A stretch of DNA of 64,000 bases from Coniocarpon cinnabarinum. Lineage: Eukaryota. Below the pieces are notes generated by a model. It was given only the letters and a program-made list of their open reading frames with translations. It did not search any database and was not told the origin of the DNA. The stretch is from assembly GCA_051942205.1 (NCBI GenBank), contig JAVECO010000121.1, forward strand, positions 1-64,000, given 5' to 3'. Shown here one piece after another: positions 35,283 to 48,202 of this stretch (within the stretch, counting starts at the first letter, position 1; each line of letters begins with the position of its first letter). The position numbers were made by a program, and so were the translations under genes.

Positions 35283-36188
35283 CTAGCAATAACACATATG
35301 GACTCCAGGTGGCAGAGAGTATTCAATGGTGATGCGGATTCTGGAATTTGCGAGGCCTCTCCGATAAGCACTCAAAACCGGCGCCATGCTCTTTGGCAGC
35401 TCGAGGGTGACCATATTAATTGTGTCGATAGCAGCAAGATTCCTCTGAAACCAAGGGAAGAGGTACCCATTTGCATGTGGTTGCCAAATATCGAGACACT
35501 CGTCTTCATCCGACATCAGGAAACCTGCATGCGTGAACGATATCCCTAACCTAGACAGCTGACGGAAACGAGCGAGCATATTCCAGAGACTTTGGGAATA
35601 GTCGTAGCATTTTTTGCATACGAACAAGCTCGTAGGTAAGCTCCAGGATAAGTTTAAGATCCGTAGATGTTCCAAAGCAGCTGGTAGGAGCTTATCCACA
35701 CTCGCCAGAACCTCCGTACTCTTCCAAGGCTGATAGTTCAAACTGCTATTAGAGAAATGACGCGGCTTGAGACTGAAAGTATTACTAATGTACAGGAGAT
35801 ACATGCTTTCCTGGTACGCTCTTTTACAAGAGAACAACAGTGACAGTATGCCATCTGATTGCAGCAATGTATCTAGCCGGCGATAGAAGAGTCTTGGTCT
35901 TTTCTCACCTTTTATCCATCCCAAAAATGACCGTCGAACGCGGTTCCATTTTCTCTGCGCGACAGCGTCACGAGCTAGAGGTTCTCTAAATTCCAGTGTA
36001 AAGTTGTGCCCTGACAGAGCCAACTCAAAAATGTGCGCCCGTATCTCGATGGGCAAGGACGCAAACAATGGGCTATCATCCTGCGGATTTGGCTTACCTT
36101 TTGCAAGATTCAATCGATGGTGGGATGCGACCAGAGGAGCTTCGTGAACGTGATATTCTTTAACGCCTTGCATGAAAATGCTATTCAT
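35283..36188 (-). CDS. Fungal hypothetical protein with F-box-like N-terminal motif
   Basis: 301-aa ORF. QDDSPLFASLPIEIRAHIFELAL and LSLLFSCKRAYQESMYLLYISNTF match a pattern common in uncharacterised ascomycete proteins. Confidence 0.7.
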   Translation of the reverse strand: MNSIFMQGVKEYHVHEAPLVASHHRLNLAKGKPNPQDDSPLFASLPIEIRAHIFELALSGHNFTLEFREPLARDAVAQRKWNRVRRSFLGWIKGEKRPRLFYRRLDTLLQSDGILSLLFSCKRAYQESMYLLYISNTFSLKPRHFSNSSLNYQPWKSTEVLASVDKLLPAALEHLRILNLSWSLPTSLFVCKKCYDYSQSLWNMLARFRQLSRLGISFTHAGFLMSDEDECLDIWQPHANGYLFPWFQRNLAAIDTINMVTLELPKSMAPVLSAYRRGLANSRIRITIEYSLPPGVHMCYC

Positions 36189-36691
36189 GTTTACGGATAA
36201 GATCCAGGGCCACCAGACGCGTCCTGAGCAGATGCAACAAAATTCTTTTCAGAGCCGTCGAAGCGTGGTCTGTGGTCGACACTCAACAATACAGTATATG
36301 CAGACTGCTGCCCCTTGCATGTAGTTGAGCTGGTCAAAGCAGTGACACTTGCTAGGACCCACTACGAGGCTGCGGGCCGCTCTCTGGAATGCCGCCCGGC
36401 TGAGACGGCAGGACACTAGTGTAGCGAACGCTCACCAGCTTGCAGCTGCAAGAGGCTAGAGCATTAATACTCGTACTCGACAGGCTAGAGGAGGCGTTGA
36501 TCTGGAATGCGGTGGCGGACAGCAAAAGGAATCTATCACGTAGTGCTTTTCATAGTAATCTCGTTCCCTGACTCGTTCCCGTTCCTGGCGACATTGCGGT
36601 ATTTCCCTAATCCCGCTTTTGCATCTCCCCGACTTCTCTACAGACATAGATGGAGGCGGGAGTCGCCCGGCTGGGACATGCCTACGGAGCA

Positions 36692-37633
36692 TCAACTGCT
36701 CAGCTCCCAAAAAGTACAGGTAAAGTTAGCGTAGCATCGAAACTCATTGCTCAAGCCCTTTGCATGTTTAGGAGTAAAGTTGGTGTTTTGCATGCCGAAC
36801 TTGCTGTAAAGCCGCAGGATTAGGTCGGCCATTCGTTCACCGGTGCAGGATATCAGGCGGACAAGCTCCGTACCGGACGACAGAGCTGGTTTCACGAGCC
36901 ACTGAACTGTCATCGCCGCTGAGAAACATGTCAGTCAGATTCAATTGAAACACAAATCGTTGTGACCGAACTCTTGGTTTGGCAGTCTTCACTTAGGAAG
37001 GGCGGGTCACAGATGATACGGTCAAACACCCCTTTCAATCCAGCATCCAACTTGAGAGGCTGAGCAAAATCATAGTAGACAAATTCCCTAAAAATGTTGA
37101 AGCGGCGGTCGAACTCAAACAGTGTGAGCTGGGGATGCTCATGCGCTTCCAACTTGGACTAGAAACATTGGCATTCCGTTGATCGGAGTGATGCGTGCTG
37201 AGTGGCTTACAATCAAGTTTTTGAGCGAGATGAATACACTGGGAGCGGACACGACGGCGATGCGGGTCGCCGCGTGAGCACCGTCTAACAGAGCTTGAGC
37301 GAGCACAGTGGCCGTCTCGTCAGTGTACTATTCGATCTGAGCAAATGCATTTCAAAAAGCCACGGGAGAGTCAGCGAACCCAGAACTGACTGGCATTCCA
37401 GTCTTCGGTAAAAGCACTCATGGACCACTGCTGGATGGCAAAGTCATCTTCCGCTTGGCTCTTGAGATTCTCGAATTCCTTTGACTTGGCATCGCGCTCC
37501 TCGTAGAATTCAGCAAGTGCATTGAGGGTCGACACAGGCAGGGCTCTAGGAGTCGTCAATTGTCAACGTTCGTTTGACGCAAGCATGGCAAGAACATGTA
37601 CATCTCATCGCCGAGGTCATCATCATTCGTCAT
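36692..37633 (-). CDS. EFM5: Protein-lysine N-methyltransferase Efm5 (N6AMT2/Aml1 family); multi-exon
   Basis: TLNALAEFY, FTEDWNASQFW, RIAVVSAPSVF, LFEFDRRF, FVYYDF, DRIICDPPFLSEDC, LISCTGERM and GLSNEFRCYANF. Confidence 0.92.
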
Positions 37634-38568
37634 CGCTTCTCGGCTAAGTGGTGCAGTCCACCGTCACGGGCGTGCCAAGCGAGCGAGCGTGTGTGAAGCA
37701 TTCTTGACCGCCGCGTCGATGCACGTGACATCGGGCACTGTTTTCGGTGATAAGACGGGGGCTAGCGCAGCCGAGTGTGTCATTAGATGCGTGGGTGCTT
37801 CACAGGCTCCCTGGCTGGACCTAGATTCATGACAAGCCGTCCAACATCAGCGAGGATACACTTCGAGTAAGTTACATGTGAGCAAGTCTGTTGTATTTAA
37901 AGAGATAGATAGTGGTCCGACAAGAAACGACGGAAAATAGAGTCGCAGCGAGCAAAACGCGGTTGCCCCGTACGGATGGCATCCGAGATCCATGTGCCAA
38001 GCCTTTCTGGCCGCCCGTTCCGACACTGACACGACTGGGGTAAATGCTGGCAAGGTGGGTGTGCACAATACTTTATCTTGTTGAGAAGGGCCCTATCGCC
38101 ACCAATCTGAGGGCCTGTGGGACGATCAACGTCCTTTCATTCTCGCGCGTGCAAGGTCCTGCGTCTCGCATCCGTCGTCAGGTGCTTGCCAACCCAGCTC
38201 CGGTCGGCTGATTGCGTCTCCAATGACTGCGCATCACAATCTACGTCACTAATATTGTGGCTCATTACGCCCGCACGCGGCGCCCGTCTTGTGCTGCACC
38301 TTACCTACCAACTACTCCTTCTCTCTCCAGCGCATTCCTTCTCCTCCATTCTCATCTCTTTTATCCTTCTCCGCGCAGGCTCACGTACATTCATCCTCAC
38401 AGACGCTACACACCTTGTCATCAGCGCTTTGCCTCTGAAACAGCCGACTCCCCTTGCTAACAATTGTCCCTTCCCTTGTCATTAAGCTTCGGCCCCAAAC
38501 TTGCCTCGGCCTGCATGGGCGACGTTTGATCTTCTAAGCGCATTCGAACAGACGTTGAATCAGCCAGC

Positions 38569-40958
38569 ATGTCGACGGTCGAAGGCAGTGAAGCGGGCAT
38601 GAGCCATACCGCCACTAATCTGCAAAGATCCACTTCTACCACCTCCACCAAGATCGGTGATCAGGGAGCCCTGTCGCGAGGAGGCACACTGCGGAAGAGA
38701 CAATCGCTCAAGAAAAGCGGCAGCTTAATGCGAAGAGGCAGTAGAAAGTCACTCCGTGCTGGCAGCATCAAAGGCATGCGCGATGACGAGGATAGCTTCA
38801 ACAGCGTGTACCATTCACCGGTGCCAACGTCTGGCAATCCTACCGAAGTATTGGCGAATCGCTTTCAAGGTACGTGAGCACTCATATCCACCAATTAGCT
38901 AAATGTTCCAGACGACGCCATCCGGGAGCTTGCAACATTGCTGACCAGTGGTAGCTTGGCGCAAACTCCTCAAAGACCTAATCACATACTTCCGCGAGAT
39001 CCAGACATCCTATGAGCAACGCTCTAAATCCTTACTCAAGGTTTCCAATGTCCTGAACAATACCACTGCCCCGTCGCTATTCATGTCAGAGGGCGGCCTC
39101 GATGACGCGACGCGCATACTCCGAGGGTTCCACAAGCAATCCGTCACCGACGCAAACAAGTCCAAAGACATCGAGAACGACGTTATCACTCAACTGAACG
39201 GCCTGCGTAGCGATCTCAGCCAGAAGATCAAGGAGATCAAGTCGCTCTCTGGAGACTTCAAGAACTCGGTGGAGAAGGAAAGAGACCAAACGCGCAAGGC
39301 CGTGTCCGCTTTACAAGACGCCCTCGCAGCATCCGAGGCGGACCCTTCAACGGCTGGTGGCAAGAATGATCCGTTCATCATCAAGCTCTCGGTTGACCGA
39401 CAGGTTGAAAGACAGATTGAAGAAGAAAACTACCTGCACCGAGCGTATCTGAATCTGGAGGGTTCTGGTCGCGAGCTGGAGTCCATCGTCGTTGGCGAAA
39501 TCCAAAAAGCATACAATGCGTATGCAGGAATCCTCCGTCGAGAGGCTGATGCTGCGCATTCCACGATTGACGATCTGCGCGCTGGGCCAATTGGCATGCA
39601 CAAAGATCACGAATGGGAGCACTTCGTGGAGAACGACCCGCACTTTGTAAATCCTAATGTGCCATTGCGGAGTATCGAAGATATTCATTATCCTGGCAAA
39701 TTCAACCCGGCGGCGGCGGAGATCAGAGCGGGGATGCTGGAGCGGAAGAGCAAATACCTAAAAAGCTACACGCCTGGCTGGTAAGCATAGAGTCATATGT
39801 TGCGGAGTCCTTCAAACATGCTAACATATGCAGGTACGTCTTGTCGCCCACGCATCTCCATGAGTTCAAGTCAGCGGATCACATCCACACCCAACAGCCT
39901 GTCATGTCTCTCTGCCTACTCGACCAACGATTGGGCTCGAAATCTGCCAACGACGCATCGTCACATAAGTTCAGTCTCAAGGGTCGCCAAAGCGGAGGCG
40001 TTCACCGCGGACATTCGTGGGTGTTTCGAGCAGAATCCTTTGATACGATGATGGCATGGTATGATGATATCTTGAACCTCACCGAAAAGCCCAGCGCGGA
40101 GCGCAACGAATTTGTTCGACGCCATGCGAGAAGCGTCAGCGCTGGGAGCCAAAAGGCATCGTCTATTAGTAGTGATGGCGTGGAAGATGATGAAGCTGAC
40201 GAGGTGCCCTATTCTGCGAACCAGTCAGTAAAGAGAGAGGTAATTGACCCACCCCCAAAACGGCCATCACCAGGTGGGAGGTTGTACGTCAATTCTCAAG
40301 CCACCTCGTGCGAGGAATTAAGTGCTGACTGTCTGATAGTCCGTCGGATATTAACGTCGAACGGTTGAAGAGTACGCCACAAGCAACGTCGCAATCTAGT
40401 GGAAGCTCGTATCAGGAACAAGAACCAATGATGGCGGGCGCGGTTGCGCAATCTAGGTCAGCCGCGGCGCCCGTGGAAACGCAGCCACAACAAGATCAAT
40501 CTAATTCTTCCCCAGTCTTAATGAAGCAGCAACAGACGTACGTGGGTGATGAACCTGCTCATCAACGGCATTCTCTTCAAAGAGAGAACAGTGTCCATAA
40601 CACGTCGAGTGGTGCTGGAGGCGCTGGCCACAACTCTTCACATGAGGCGTCTGATCTTGAAGAGCCAAGTCAAGGCGGGTCCAAGGCGCGAGAGCCAGCT
40701 GCAATGTTGGGTGCAGATTTCGTCGGCGCCGGCACTGGTGACGCGAAAAGCACGATATCGAGCTCAGCAGCCTCCACCGAATATCCACAGGAAGTGGAAG
40801 AGCGTCAGGATCAAACGACACAGACGGCAACAGACCACACGAGCCGAGGGGGCTTGCGGCCGACAGGGCATCTGTTTCCTTCAGTGCTCAGGCACGACAC
40901 CGAGATGAGTGTGAGACAGCTCCATGTGCCGGGAGAGTGGACGCAAGAGTCGTCGTAG
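38569..40958 (+). CDS. SLM1: Slm1/Slm2-like BAR-PH domain protein; 4 exons
   Basis: PTSGNPTEVLANRFQ|AWRKLLKDLITYFRE, a helical BAR region, and a PH domain AGMLERKSKYLKSYTPGW|YVLSPTHLHEFKS...WVFRAES..MMAWY. Introns are GT-AG with CTRAC branch sites. Confidence 0.88.
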
Positions 40959-41564
40959 GAGCGGAAGGTAGCAGGACGTTGGTGTCACGAGGACAGCATG
41001 AACATTGATCTTCCCCACTAGAGACTCTTGAACAAAAAGTACTTGCCACATCATGACAGCATCCTATGAAATGCAAAGGGCGTTTGCCATAATACTGACA
41101 GCCAAATGGGTGGATTCCTCCACCCGTGCAGGCTCGCTGCACGAAATTGATACGCCGTATACCTACCCGGCCCGCACTTAGTCGCAGCAGTTACGCCGCA
41201 TTGGCGGGCCAGCCCCTGAATGATCGAGTCAGGGTTTTTCCTAATGCTGCAATGCCTGCTTGCTGCGATGCCAAGAGACGTTAGTTTCCCTTGGTATGGC
41301 CCGCAAGGCCGTCGACGAGCAGGTAGATGCATGCACGTTACTTTTCTTTGCTTGTGATTCTCCCTCTTGCAAATGCTCTTGACTCTGCCGCCGTGACCAA
41401 GATGTGTCCATCTTTCAAGACTGTTCGTCCTGCGCCGCACGTTTGAGCAGGCCGACCCTTCGACAACTTGCTGACCCCAACCCTTCCTCCAATGTACGCC
41501 TCAGCAAGGCTCAGGTGCTGTTTGAATCCATAGACTCTCCTTAATTCTGTTTCCGTACCGCAAC

Positions 41565-44500
41565 ATGCTCCGGCTCCGTCGATATAGAGTGTTCGTCGCC
41601 ATTGCAGTATCCTTATTGCTTGGACTTTACTACCTCACCAACTATCCTTTCACAAGCGGCCCAAACTGGCCTGGCCGATCCACTGGCGCGTTTCGCAATG
41701 ACGTGTCCGGCTCCACGCAAGATGCGGCGTCCGACAAGGGGAGAGGCCGAAAGATTCCTAAGGAGTCCATGTTCAAGAACTCGAAAACGGATTCACAGAT
41801 AGCAATACCTGGGTCCGACGATTCTGAGAGCGAGAGCACGGAAACCACGAAAGGCACAGCGAAAGATGCGGCCCTCGAGTTCCCCCACAAGAAGCCGTTC
41901 GAAGACCCGGCTATTGATGAAAGGCTACCTCCGGGTAAACATGACCCTCCCTCGACCTCGACGACCACACGAGAGCTTCCGCACTTCACGAAGACGCCTG
42001 ACAACTTCCCTGTACCGGATGACTATGTCATTAAGCTGCCGGGAGGCAAGCCAAAGAGCATACCACGCATTCAACATAAGTTCCCGAGTGAGACGACCGC
42101 AGACAAGAATGAGCGCATGAAGAAGTTGAAGAGGTTAAGGAAGACATTCCTAAAGCATTGGGCTGGTTACAAGGAGTACGCATGGGATCACGATGAACTG
42201 AAACCCGTTTCCGGAGGATATCAGGACCCGTTCGCGGGCTGGCGGGCAACATTGGTAGACACATTGGACATGTTGTGGATCATGGGCTTGAAAGAAGAGT
42301 TCGAAGAAGCCGTGGAAGAGGTGGGGACTGTTGATTTTACGACTACGCAGAGGGAGACACTGCCGTTATTTGAGGTTGCCATCCGGTATATGGGAGGTCT
42401 GCTTGCGGCGTATGATATTTCAGAGGCAAAATATCCAGTCTTGCTGGACAAGGCGAAAGAGCTTGGGGACGTGCTGATGGGCGCATTTGATACCCCTAAT
42501 AGAATGCCCACTACGTTCTATCGATGGCATCCGGCCGATCGACAGCATGCGAGAGCCGCGCTAGGCAGCACGGTGTTGGCCGAGATTGGGAGTCTGTCCA
42601 TGGAGTTTATTCGCTTGGCGCAGATCACGAAGAACAACAGATACTATGATGCGGTAGCGAGGATTACCGATGAGTTTGAGATATTCCAAAATAATACCAA
42701 GGTACCTGGACTGTGGCCGCTAAATGTAGACGCTTCGGGTGGGTGCTCGGTTTCAGAGCTGGAGAAAGAACGGAAGGCGAAAGAAGAAGAGGAAGAGGAA
42801 GAAGCCGCTGCAACAGGAGCAATGTCGACCTCTGGTCGAAGTAGCAAGAAGTCAACAAGTGGTGCAAAAGATACGGGCCGGACGTTGAAAGACTTGGCAA
42901 AAGGAGACGACTCGAAGGGTCGTAGCAAAGTTGGCACTGACGAGACTCTGGACTTGGACTTGGTGAACGACGTGATTGATACGGAAGCGAGCAAACTCGT
43001 TGAATCCAGCAAAGGTCTGGCACAGGCTGCAAAGAAGGCCACGGACGTGGCAGACGTCAACGAGAAATCTGATGCACGTGGGACCGAGGACGCCCAAGAC
43101 TCAAGCAAATCACTTCGTAAAAGAGCGCCACCAAATTACAAAGATACTGGAGAAGCTTCCGCAGCTGTCGAGCCGAAGAAAAAGCTGCTTGGCGCCGAGG
43201 GTGATCTCAGCGATGAGACTGAGAGCAGCGCCACAGAGCGTAAGTCGAGGCCCGATCGTGGAAGCGAGAAACCTTCCAAGAAAGCGGCAGATAAGCTTGA
43301 AGCGAAGGAGGGTGCCGTGGATTTGGTGGATGAGACAACGACATCCTCGAAACAAGACACGTCTGACGCTGACATGATCGGCCACGCAGGCAAGGCCAGT
43401 TTTGCTGACGATGATACTGGCGAACCAGAGCGTCCTAGCGCGGGATCGACAGGTAGGGGAAATGGCAAGCAATCATTGAAAGACTTCCCGCAGGTCGATG
43501 ACGACGATGATGACGACGAACCTTCGAAGCAGACAAGCTCTGTGGAGAAAGCTGCGATAGGCACAAGCTCGGACGAGAAGACAAAAAGTGCAGACAAGTC
43601 TACGTTTGCTGAAGACGCGAAGGCTCACGGAAAGACATCAGCTGCTGGGTCCAAGTCGAAGACCGGCAAATCGAAGGATAAATTGACGTCTAAACACGAC
43701 GAAGATCTAGACGAGGATGAAGACCTTCAGCCAACGTTCAGACATAACAAGCCGATGCACAAATGCGTTACGCGAGGCTTGCGAAGTACGTATGGTGACC
43801 GAGGCGCCGACAAGTACACCTTTGGTGGCATGGCCGACTCAGTGTATGAGTATCTTCCGAAAGCTTTCCTGTTATTAGGTGGACTCGAGCCACAGTACCA
43901 GAGGATGCACGAGCACGCCATGTCAGCAGCCAAAGAATACCTCCTCTTCCGCACCATGACTGAAGACGCCAAGCGCCCGGTCTATTTCACAGGCGACTTT
44001 TCATCGCAAGGTTTCTGGAACAACGAAACCGACCGGATTCAAGGCACCTTCGTTCCTCACACAGGTCACCTGACTTGCTTTCAAGGTGCTTTCATCGCTC
44101 TCGCCGCACGGGCGTTTCGAAATGAACCAGACGTCGATGTGGCACGACGGCTGACAGACGGCTGCATCTGGGCTTACGAGCAGACGTCCACAGGCATCAT
44201 GCCGGAGCTGCTCGACATGGTTCCCTGCGCCAACCTCAGTGGACCGTGTCCGTGGAATCAAACGAAATGGTGGAACACCATTGATCCGTGGGCCAAGGAC
44301 AAAGTCGCCGTATTCCAGCAGCTCGCCGCGCAGACCGATCAAGACACGATTGCCGCTGCCAAAGGCGACCAAAAGGCCAAGCTGGCCAGTGATGAGACGG
44401 GCAAAGCTGCGGACAAGCTCGAAGACAAGCTGAATCGCCCAGAAGAGGAAGTCAAGTCCTCGACAGCCAAGCACGAAGCTCGCTCCGTCAACGACGATGC

Positions 44501-45104
44501 CCATGCCAACGTCCCCTCAGAGCTTGATCATCTCGCTTCGAAACGTCGACCCCCTTCCGAGCTTCATGCGCCTTCCAACCCCGACCCCGACAAATCGAAA
44601 ACAACCACCACCTCCGCCCAACCGCAGCCCACATCCATCCCCGAATATTTTGACCAGCAAATCGCACAGCAGCGTCTGGCCCCGGGCATCACCAAAATGG
44701 CCGCCCGCGAATACATCCTCCGTCCCGAAGCCATCGAGTCCGTCTTCTACCTCTATCGCATAACGGGTGATCCGTATTTCCGGGAGCAAGGCTGGAAAAT
44801 GTTTGAAGCGATCGACAAGGCGACCTCCGCCAAACACGGCAACAGCGCGATATCCGACGTCACCGCGCCCGTTGACAAGGTGATCTTGAAAGATAAAGCG
44901 GAGAGTTTCTGGACGGCCGAGACGCTCAAGTATTTTTGGTTGCTCTTCAGTGATCCGGAGTTGGTCAGCTTGGATGACTGGGTGTTCAACACGGAGGCGC
45001 ATCCATTTAGACGGCCGGATTTGGATTTGAAAAGGGAGAAATCGGCGGAGAGGATGAGACGAAGAAAGGGGATGGGTGGGAATATGGTGTGGGATCTCGA
45101 CTGA
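41565..45104 (+). CDS. GH47 class I alpha-1,2-mannosidase, type II membrane protein, with large low-complexity insertions
   Basis: N-terminal TM anchor. Motifs AWDHDELKP, GWRATLVDTLD, LFEVAIRYMGGLL, LAEIGSLSMEF, GGMADSVYEYLPK, HLTCF, GIMPE, YILRPEAIES, ESFWTAETLKY and FNTEAHP. Confidence 0.95.
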   Translation: MLRLRRYRVFVAIAVSLLLGLYYLTNYPFTSGPNWPGRSTGAFRNDVSGSTQDAASDKGRGRKIPKESMFKNSKTDSQIAIPGSDDSESESTETTKGTAKDAALEFPHKKPFEDPAIDERLPPGKHDPPSTSTTTRELPHFTKTPDNFPVPDDYVIKLPGGKPKSIPRIQHKFPSETTADKNERMKKLKRLRKTFLKHWAGYKEYAWDHDELKPVSGGYQDPFAGWRATLVDTLDMLWIMGLKEEFEEAVEEVGTVDFTTTQRETLPLFEVAIRYMGGLLAAYDISEAKYPVLLDKAKELGDVLMGAFDTPNRMPTTFYRWHPADRQHARAALGSTVLAEIGSLSMEFIRLAQITKNNRYYDAVARITDEFEIFQNNTKVPGLWPLNVDASGGCSVSELEKERKAKEEEEEEEAAATGAMSTSGRSSKKSTSGAKDTGRTLKDLAKGDDSKGRSKVGTDETLDLDLVNDVIDTEASKLVESSKGLAQAAKKATDVADVNEKSDARGTEDAQDSSKSLRKRAPPNYKDTGEASAAVEPKKKLLGAEGDLSDETESSATERKSRPDRGSEKPSKKAADKLEAKEGAVDLVDETTTSSKQDTSDADMIGHAGKASFADDDTGEPERPSAGSTGRGNGKQSLKDFPQVDDDDDDDEPSKQTSSVEKAAIGTSSDEKTKSADKSTFAEDAKAHGKTSAAGSKSKTGKSKDKLTSKHDEDLDEDEDLQPTFRHNKPMHKCVTRGLRSTYGDRGADKYTFGGMADSVYEYLPKAFLLLGGLEPQYQRMHEHAMSAAKEYLLFRTMTEDAKRPVYFTGDFSSQGFWNNETDRIQGTFVPHTGHLTCFQGAFIALAARAFRNEPDVDVARRLTDGCIWAYEQTSTGIMPELLDMVPCANLSGPCPWNQTKWWNTIDPWAKDKVAVFQQLAAQTDQDTIAAAKGDQKAKLASDETGKAADKLEDKLNRPEEEVKSSTAKHEARSVNDDAHANVPSELDHLASKRRPPSELHAPSNPDPDKSKTTTTSAQPQPTSIPEYFDQQIAQQRLAPGITKMAAREYILRPEAIESVFYLYRITGDPYFREQGWKMFEAIDKATSAKHGNSAISDVTAPVDKVILKDKAESFWTAETLKYFWLLFSDPELVSLDDWVFNTEAHPFRRPDLDLKREKSAERMRRRKGMGGNMVWDLD

Positions 45105-46246
45105 GCGTTTGTTTGTGTGCAAGCAAGCGGGCGGTCGGGGTGTATTGGTGGGCGAGTCAGCAAGCGTTTCTAGGAAAAGTGTGAATATTCCTATGAAGGA
45201 GGTTGCTGATGGGCTTGTAGGATTAGATGTATTCGGTCATTGCATTGGGCGGCGTTGGGATACATAGATCATGCCTTACAATGCATATTGGCCATGCCGT
45301 TTACAACGTCCTGAAAGAAGTAGTCTTTTTTCGCACAAGAAGGAGACTCTGCGACCCAGTGACGACTCGTTCAGGATTCTTCAAAGTAGTGAGGCTTTGC
45401 TGTAGGTGCTACATCAGAGAGTTTCGTGCTCTTGCGACAAGAGAATACCCACAAATGGGCTGCAGTCGGAGTCACGCTGTCATTATCACAGAGATGATAG
45501 GCGCCTGCATGCACAACTTTGGCCGAAGTGTAGATTTTTTTCTAGAACACGATGTTTTCTCCGTCTTTGCGGTGTCCTCGTAGCTGCGTACAAGGAGGCA
45601 CTTTTCAAAAAACAACGTAGCATGATAGATATGGGTCGGAATCTAAGCAATCCTCATCATACCCTTGGGACAAGGCATGATACCGGGCTGATACTGACAC
45701 GATAGTAAGTCGATGTTACGCGAAACATCTACCTGTGCGTGTATACATGTACCGAGTAAGGCGGTGGCCTTTCTGTTATTTAGCAATGGCAATTGTCTAC
45801 TTGCCTGCTCGGGATGGAGGGTGGGGGAGGAGGGGGAGAGACCAGTACGACTGTGCTACCACTCCTTTACGCCATACACACCACCCCTGTGGCACCGGGG
45901 GTGGTGGATGGGAGGGTCAGACAGGCTGCGGTGTGAAGATATCAGAGGATGAATCCGAAGTCTAGGTTTCATTTCGGCCCTCTGCGACTCCTTCTACTGG
46001 ATGATCCTAAACAATAATTTGCGTTTTCGGTAGGCAAGCACTGTGTTAGGACCTTAAGCAGGAGCGCTATACATATCCCAGTACCGCCGCCGCCACCGAC
46101 GTCTACGATGAGAAGTGCCGAGTGCTGAGACGTTCCGACGGAAAGTCGTCCATCAATGCGAGAGTGATAAGACTTCCATCCATTGAAAGACTTACAATAG
46201 TCACACTTCCGGGATCCTCACTGATGAAAGATCCTGGTACCCGTCA

Positions 46247-47561
46247 CTACTGGTTATCTTCAACCAACTCCGCCTCGACGACCGCCCTCGCCGTCCCGAC
46301 ACCCCTCCATACCTTGAGAATATGAAAGCCTTCGCCTTCCAACAACGCCTTCCAGTCGTGTTCGCCCCGCTCGCTCGCCCCAAGAAGTCCCATCATGACG
46401 AAGTCCATGGCCTCACTTGTAACGTCTGTCCCTCGATCAAACATGACATTCTCCTCCAGGAGGAGCTTGCTCTTGACATGACTTTTTGACTCATCCTTCA
46501 CAGGAGCTCCGCCCTCGCTTTCGCTCGGGCCCCGTGCACGCATGGCTGCCTTGAGACCTTGCAGGATCAGTCGAGCCTTGTCATCCGGCCAGTCGTGCAG
46601 GATATTTCTCAGAAAATACGCACGCGCCCCAACCACCGGTTGCGGGGTGAAGAAATCATGAGTCATGAACGTCAGTCCAGGATGCTGTCTTTGTCCCTCT
46701 GCAACCACTGACGCCACATCTTGGACGACTATCTTCGGCACATGAGCCCCGCTGTGGCCTGACGACAACGCCTCCCGGAGCATTTCCATACTGGTGCCAA
46801 GGCCCCCGCCCACATCTACGACTAGAGCGGCTGCGTCTCCAGGCTGACCAGCTTCGACGGGAAAGTCGTCCATCAGATGCGAGAGCGGATACGCGTCGGT
46901 CCACTTGAAGACGATGAGTGCTGAAAACTCTGCCATGAGCTCGCGAAACCCCTCTCCTTGATTCTTGTTGGTGCCCAACCACTCGAAGTAAGTCTGACCC
47001 CGAGCAGCCTTGAATGGCGTTTCCGTGAGACCAGTTGGGTTTCGAAACCCGTTTTCCTTCAGATACTTTGGGAGCGTAAGATAAGTAGGCGCGATGTCAT
47101 AGAACATGCTGTCAACACCACCCATGTAGCCAGGTTTAGTGAGAGCTCTGGAGGAGTCGGTAGGAGAAAAATGGTCGGGTTCCTCTTCCTTGACGATGTG
47201 GACGGAAGCAAGCAAGCGCAGGACGCGTCGCACAAGAGCAGGCTCGGCGCTCACGGTTGGTCCAATGCTGGCTGAAGTGTTGGGAAGATGGGAAAAAAGA
47301 CGCAGGTCGACTGCTACTTTCGTGGCGGCTGCAATAGACGGCTGGGTCGCAGTGGATCAGTCCACGGCCAGTGACACGAATGCCCTTTCCTTAAAAGCAT
47401 CGACGCACCTCTTGCCAGATGATTCTCGTGAGGGATTCCCACGGCGTCTCAAGACGAGCGCACAGCGCCTTCGCTTTCTCCAAGGCACGGAGACGATCTG
47501 CCTCGTCGTTGCCAAACGCCGACTTGTCTACACGATCGAGTTGCGCCAAGAGTGCGTCCAT
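46247..47561 (-). CDS. SAM-dependent O-methyltransferase (COMT / fungal secondary-metabolism type); 2 exons
   Basis: Exon 1 MDALLAQLDRVD...LETPWESLTRIIWQE. Exon 2 has VVDVGGGLG (SAM binding), VVQD, HDFFTPQPVVGARAYFLRNILHDWPD and ERGEHDW. Confidence 0.92.
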
Positions 47562-48202
47562 TGTGCTCCTCTTCTCGATGTCTAGTGTTGTCTTGATGTT
47601 GCTGCTACATAGAAAGCGAGCACCGCGGGAAGTGAGCAGTGTTCGTCAGCTAGTGGCTTTGCCTAGTGCTTACCCTCGGAAGCGGGAGAGGCTACATGTC
47701 GCGGAATGGACGTGAAAGTTGGAGGTCCGTAATCTCGGTATGCAATGTAATGCATGCTCACCTACCTGACTATTTGACTGCTATTTCACCAGGTTTCATG
47801 CCCCGTTTTCCCACGAGCTCCAGAAGAGAAGCTGCATACGTTTCACTGGTGACTGTGCATTATTGTTTCTCCTTCCTGAAACTGGCCATACTGCAACGCG
47901 TTGTGGCCTATCGAGAGGTCTGCGGTGTGCGAAAGCAAGTAGTCAGGTAACTTCAAGGGATTGATTTTCCTGTGATCGAACTCATAAGAGAAGCTGATGA
48001 GAGATTGCTTGTTGTTGGTCTTGCGAAGGCTCGTGAAGCAAATCACTCTCCTCAGAAAAGACTCCACTGCCAACTTAAGTGCAGATTAATCGGTTCTTGA
48101 AAGAAGCCTACGCTTTCCTTATAGCATACTTACCTAAATTGATTGTGTTCAGAGTCCGCCTCATTGTGAAGACTGTATTCTCTTCACTCTAGCTGGTGCC
48201 CG

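Noticed and set aside
18012..47561. Secondary-metabolite gene cluster (decarboxylase, O-methyltransferase, MFS, TF)
   Set aside because: No PKS, NRPS or terpene backbone gene. The tailoring-type genes are tens of kb apart and interspersed with housekeeping genes.
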